Below are positions 62,855-64,000 of a stretch of 64,000 bases of DNA, piece by piece. The position numbers and the translations under genes are program-made. This DNA is from Heterodontus francisci (lineage: Eukaryota): NCBI RefSeq assembly GCF_036365525.1, contig NC_090404.1, positions 43,471,544-43,535,543 on the forward strand, in the 5' to 3' direction. The notes beneath the pieces are model-generated. The model had not been told where the DNA came from, made no database searches, and saw only the letters and a program-made list of their open reading frames with translations. Position 1 is the first letter of the stretch. The number at the start of each line of letters is the position of its first letter.

Positions 62855-62910
62855 CTCATGGTCTCTCAAGCCGCCCTATGCAAATCAGCCGAGTCTCCAC
62901 AGGTTTATAA
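62855..62910 (+). promoter_or_regulatory. Ig V-gene promoter: heptamer-like CTCATGG (62855-62861), GC box, octamer ATGCAAAT (62878-62885), TATA-like TTTATAA (62904-62910)
   Basis: Perfect Ig octamer in heavy-chain orientation ~20 bp upstream of the TATA and ~120 bp upstream of the leader ATG. Confidence 0.85.
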
Positions 62911-63004
62911 GGTCGGTGTTCAGACACACACCGTTACACAGAACAGTCAGTGCTGAGGTCTGGAGCTCACTTTGTTTAAATTGTTCCCTGCTGGTGAACA
63001 AACC

Positions 63005-63047
63005 ATGAATATTGTTTGGGTTTCGGTCCTTTTAACCTGGTTACCAA
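63005..63047 (+). CDS. IgNAR: IgNAR leader exon (MNIVWVSVLLTWLP + split Asn codon)
   Basis: ACCATG start, hydrophobic signal peptide resembling known IgNAR leaders (MNIFLLSVLLAWLPN), phase-1 donor A|GTAAGT at 63048. Confidence 0.93.
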
Positions 63048-63187
63048 GTAAGTGCTGTTTATTAAAGAGATTAAATGTTAATTGCATAAAACTGCGTGGC
63101 TGTGTGACATTGTGGAAATTGTCTTACCTTTAAACTCTTGTATTGTTTCAGACAAGCGATGTACTAAATATATTTTTCTCCATTCAG

Positions 63188-63475
63188 ATGCCTTCACTAC
63201 AAGAGTGGACCAAACACCAAGAACGGCAACGAGAGAGACAGGCGAATCCCTGAGCATTAACTGCGTCCTCACTGATACTAGCCATATTTTGTTCGGCACA
63301 AAATGGTTCTGGAATAATCCGGGTTCAACAGATTGGGAAAGCATAACGATTGGCGGACGATATGTTGAATCAGTCAACAACCAAGCAAAGTCATTTTCTC
63401 TGCAAATCAAGGACCTGACAGTTGAAGACAGTGGCACCTATTACTGCAAAGCGCAAACCATAGGAAGACGCAAAC
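63188..63475 (+). CDS. IgNAR: IgNAR variable (VNAR) germline segment, type IV/IIb-like (only the two canonical Cys)
   Basis: After acceptor CATTCAG (AG at 63186-63187) reads (N)[95 protein letters not shown]; diagnostic VNAR framework with the CDR2 deletion; in frame with the leader. Confidence 0.97.
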
Positions 63476-63513
63476 CACAGTTATGTGTCTGAGCTTTCAC
63501 CAATACAAAAACA
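63476..63513 (+). other. V 3' recombination signal sequence (23-type, 22-bp spacer)
   Basis: CACAGTT (63476-63482) + 22 nt + ACAAAAACA (63505-63513). Confidence 0.92.
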
Positions 63514-63702
63514 TTTTCCAATCTCCAAGGGAAGAAAATACGAATTGTTTCGCTCTTTTCACTGAAACTTAATTTGCAGCATTGATTCTGAGACTGGAGA
63601 TGATTTGCAAATAGCTGGTGACAGACCGCGCAGCAAAGACCCCCAAACGGGACAGTTGGATATGCAGAGCCGCTGTTGAACTTACATTTATGCAAGTAAA
63701 CC

Positions 63703-63785
63703 TGTTTTTGCACTGAGCTGTACCACTGTGTCGATACTTCAGTAACCACAGCAATCGAAGAGCTGGTTCCTGTCATACACAAACT
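63703..63785 (+). other. IgNAR D segment (63731-63746, TCGATACTTCAGTAAC) flanked by a 12-RSS and a 23-RSS
   Basis: TGTTTTTGC (63703-63711) + 12 nt + CACTGTG (63724-63730); CACAGCA (63747-63753) + 23 nt + ACACAAACT (63777-63785). Confidence 0.92.
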
Positions 63786-63974
63786 ATGAAAACACTATTT
63801 TCATTGGAACAAGGGCAATATTTCTCTGATGCTGAAGTATGAAGAGTAGATACTCAGTATTTTGGAGGGATAACACTCTTCATTCTCAGAAAACCTTGGC
63901 AAAATGTATTATTTCGGGAATCCGGATTGCAGCATGCATCTCGACCTGAGTCACTTGTATTGATGTACATGAGA

Positions 63975-64000
63975 CCTTTTTGCACTGATCTCTGTGACAG
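63975..64000 (+). other. 5' 12-RSS of the next D segment (cut by the window edge)
   Basis: CCTTTTTGC (63975-63983) + 12 nt ACTGATCTCTGT + GACAG... (heptamer incomplete); similar to the first D's 5' RSS. Confidence 0.7.

Noticed and set aside
63078-63782. Minus-strand ORFs (119 and 113 aa) over the IgNAR V/D region, and the 62631-63008 ORF over the promoter
   Set aside because: Antisense or incidental frames with no recognisable domain; the region is explained by the Ig gene.

Overview
Repeat-dense vertebrate genomic DNA, almost certainly from a cartilaginous fish (shark). From memory, the V framework matches horn shark (Heterodontus) vNARs; this needs a BLAST check. Most of the window is nested retroelement debris: CR1 LINEs of several ages, a second CR1/L2-group LINE with its partner SINE, V-SINE/HE1-like and DeuSINE-like SINEs, Penelope, RTE, Gypsy and ERV-like remnants, and solo LTRs. 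The one clearly intact gene is at the right end: the 5' part of an IgNAR (heavy-chain-only antibody) cluster. It has an octamer/TATA promoter, a split leader exon, a V exon with no non-canonical Cys and an unusually long germline CDR3 extension, a 22-bp-spacer RSS, a 12/23-flanked D segment, and the start of the next D's 12-RSS. Also present: a CpG island with a candidate first exon (~2.2-2.8 kb), a fossil cluster of tRNA pseudogenes of several isotypes (8-13 kb), a decayed C2H2 zinc-finger pseudogene flanked by three minisatellites (17-21 kb), and an ERV-like element with a tRNA-Ser PBS and a small env-like ORF. Repeat boundaries are approximate (read by eye); Ig coordinates were counted base by base.
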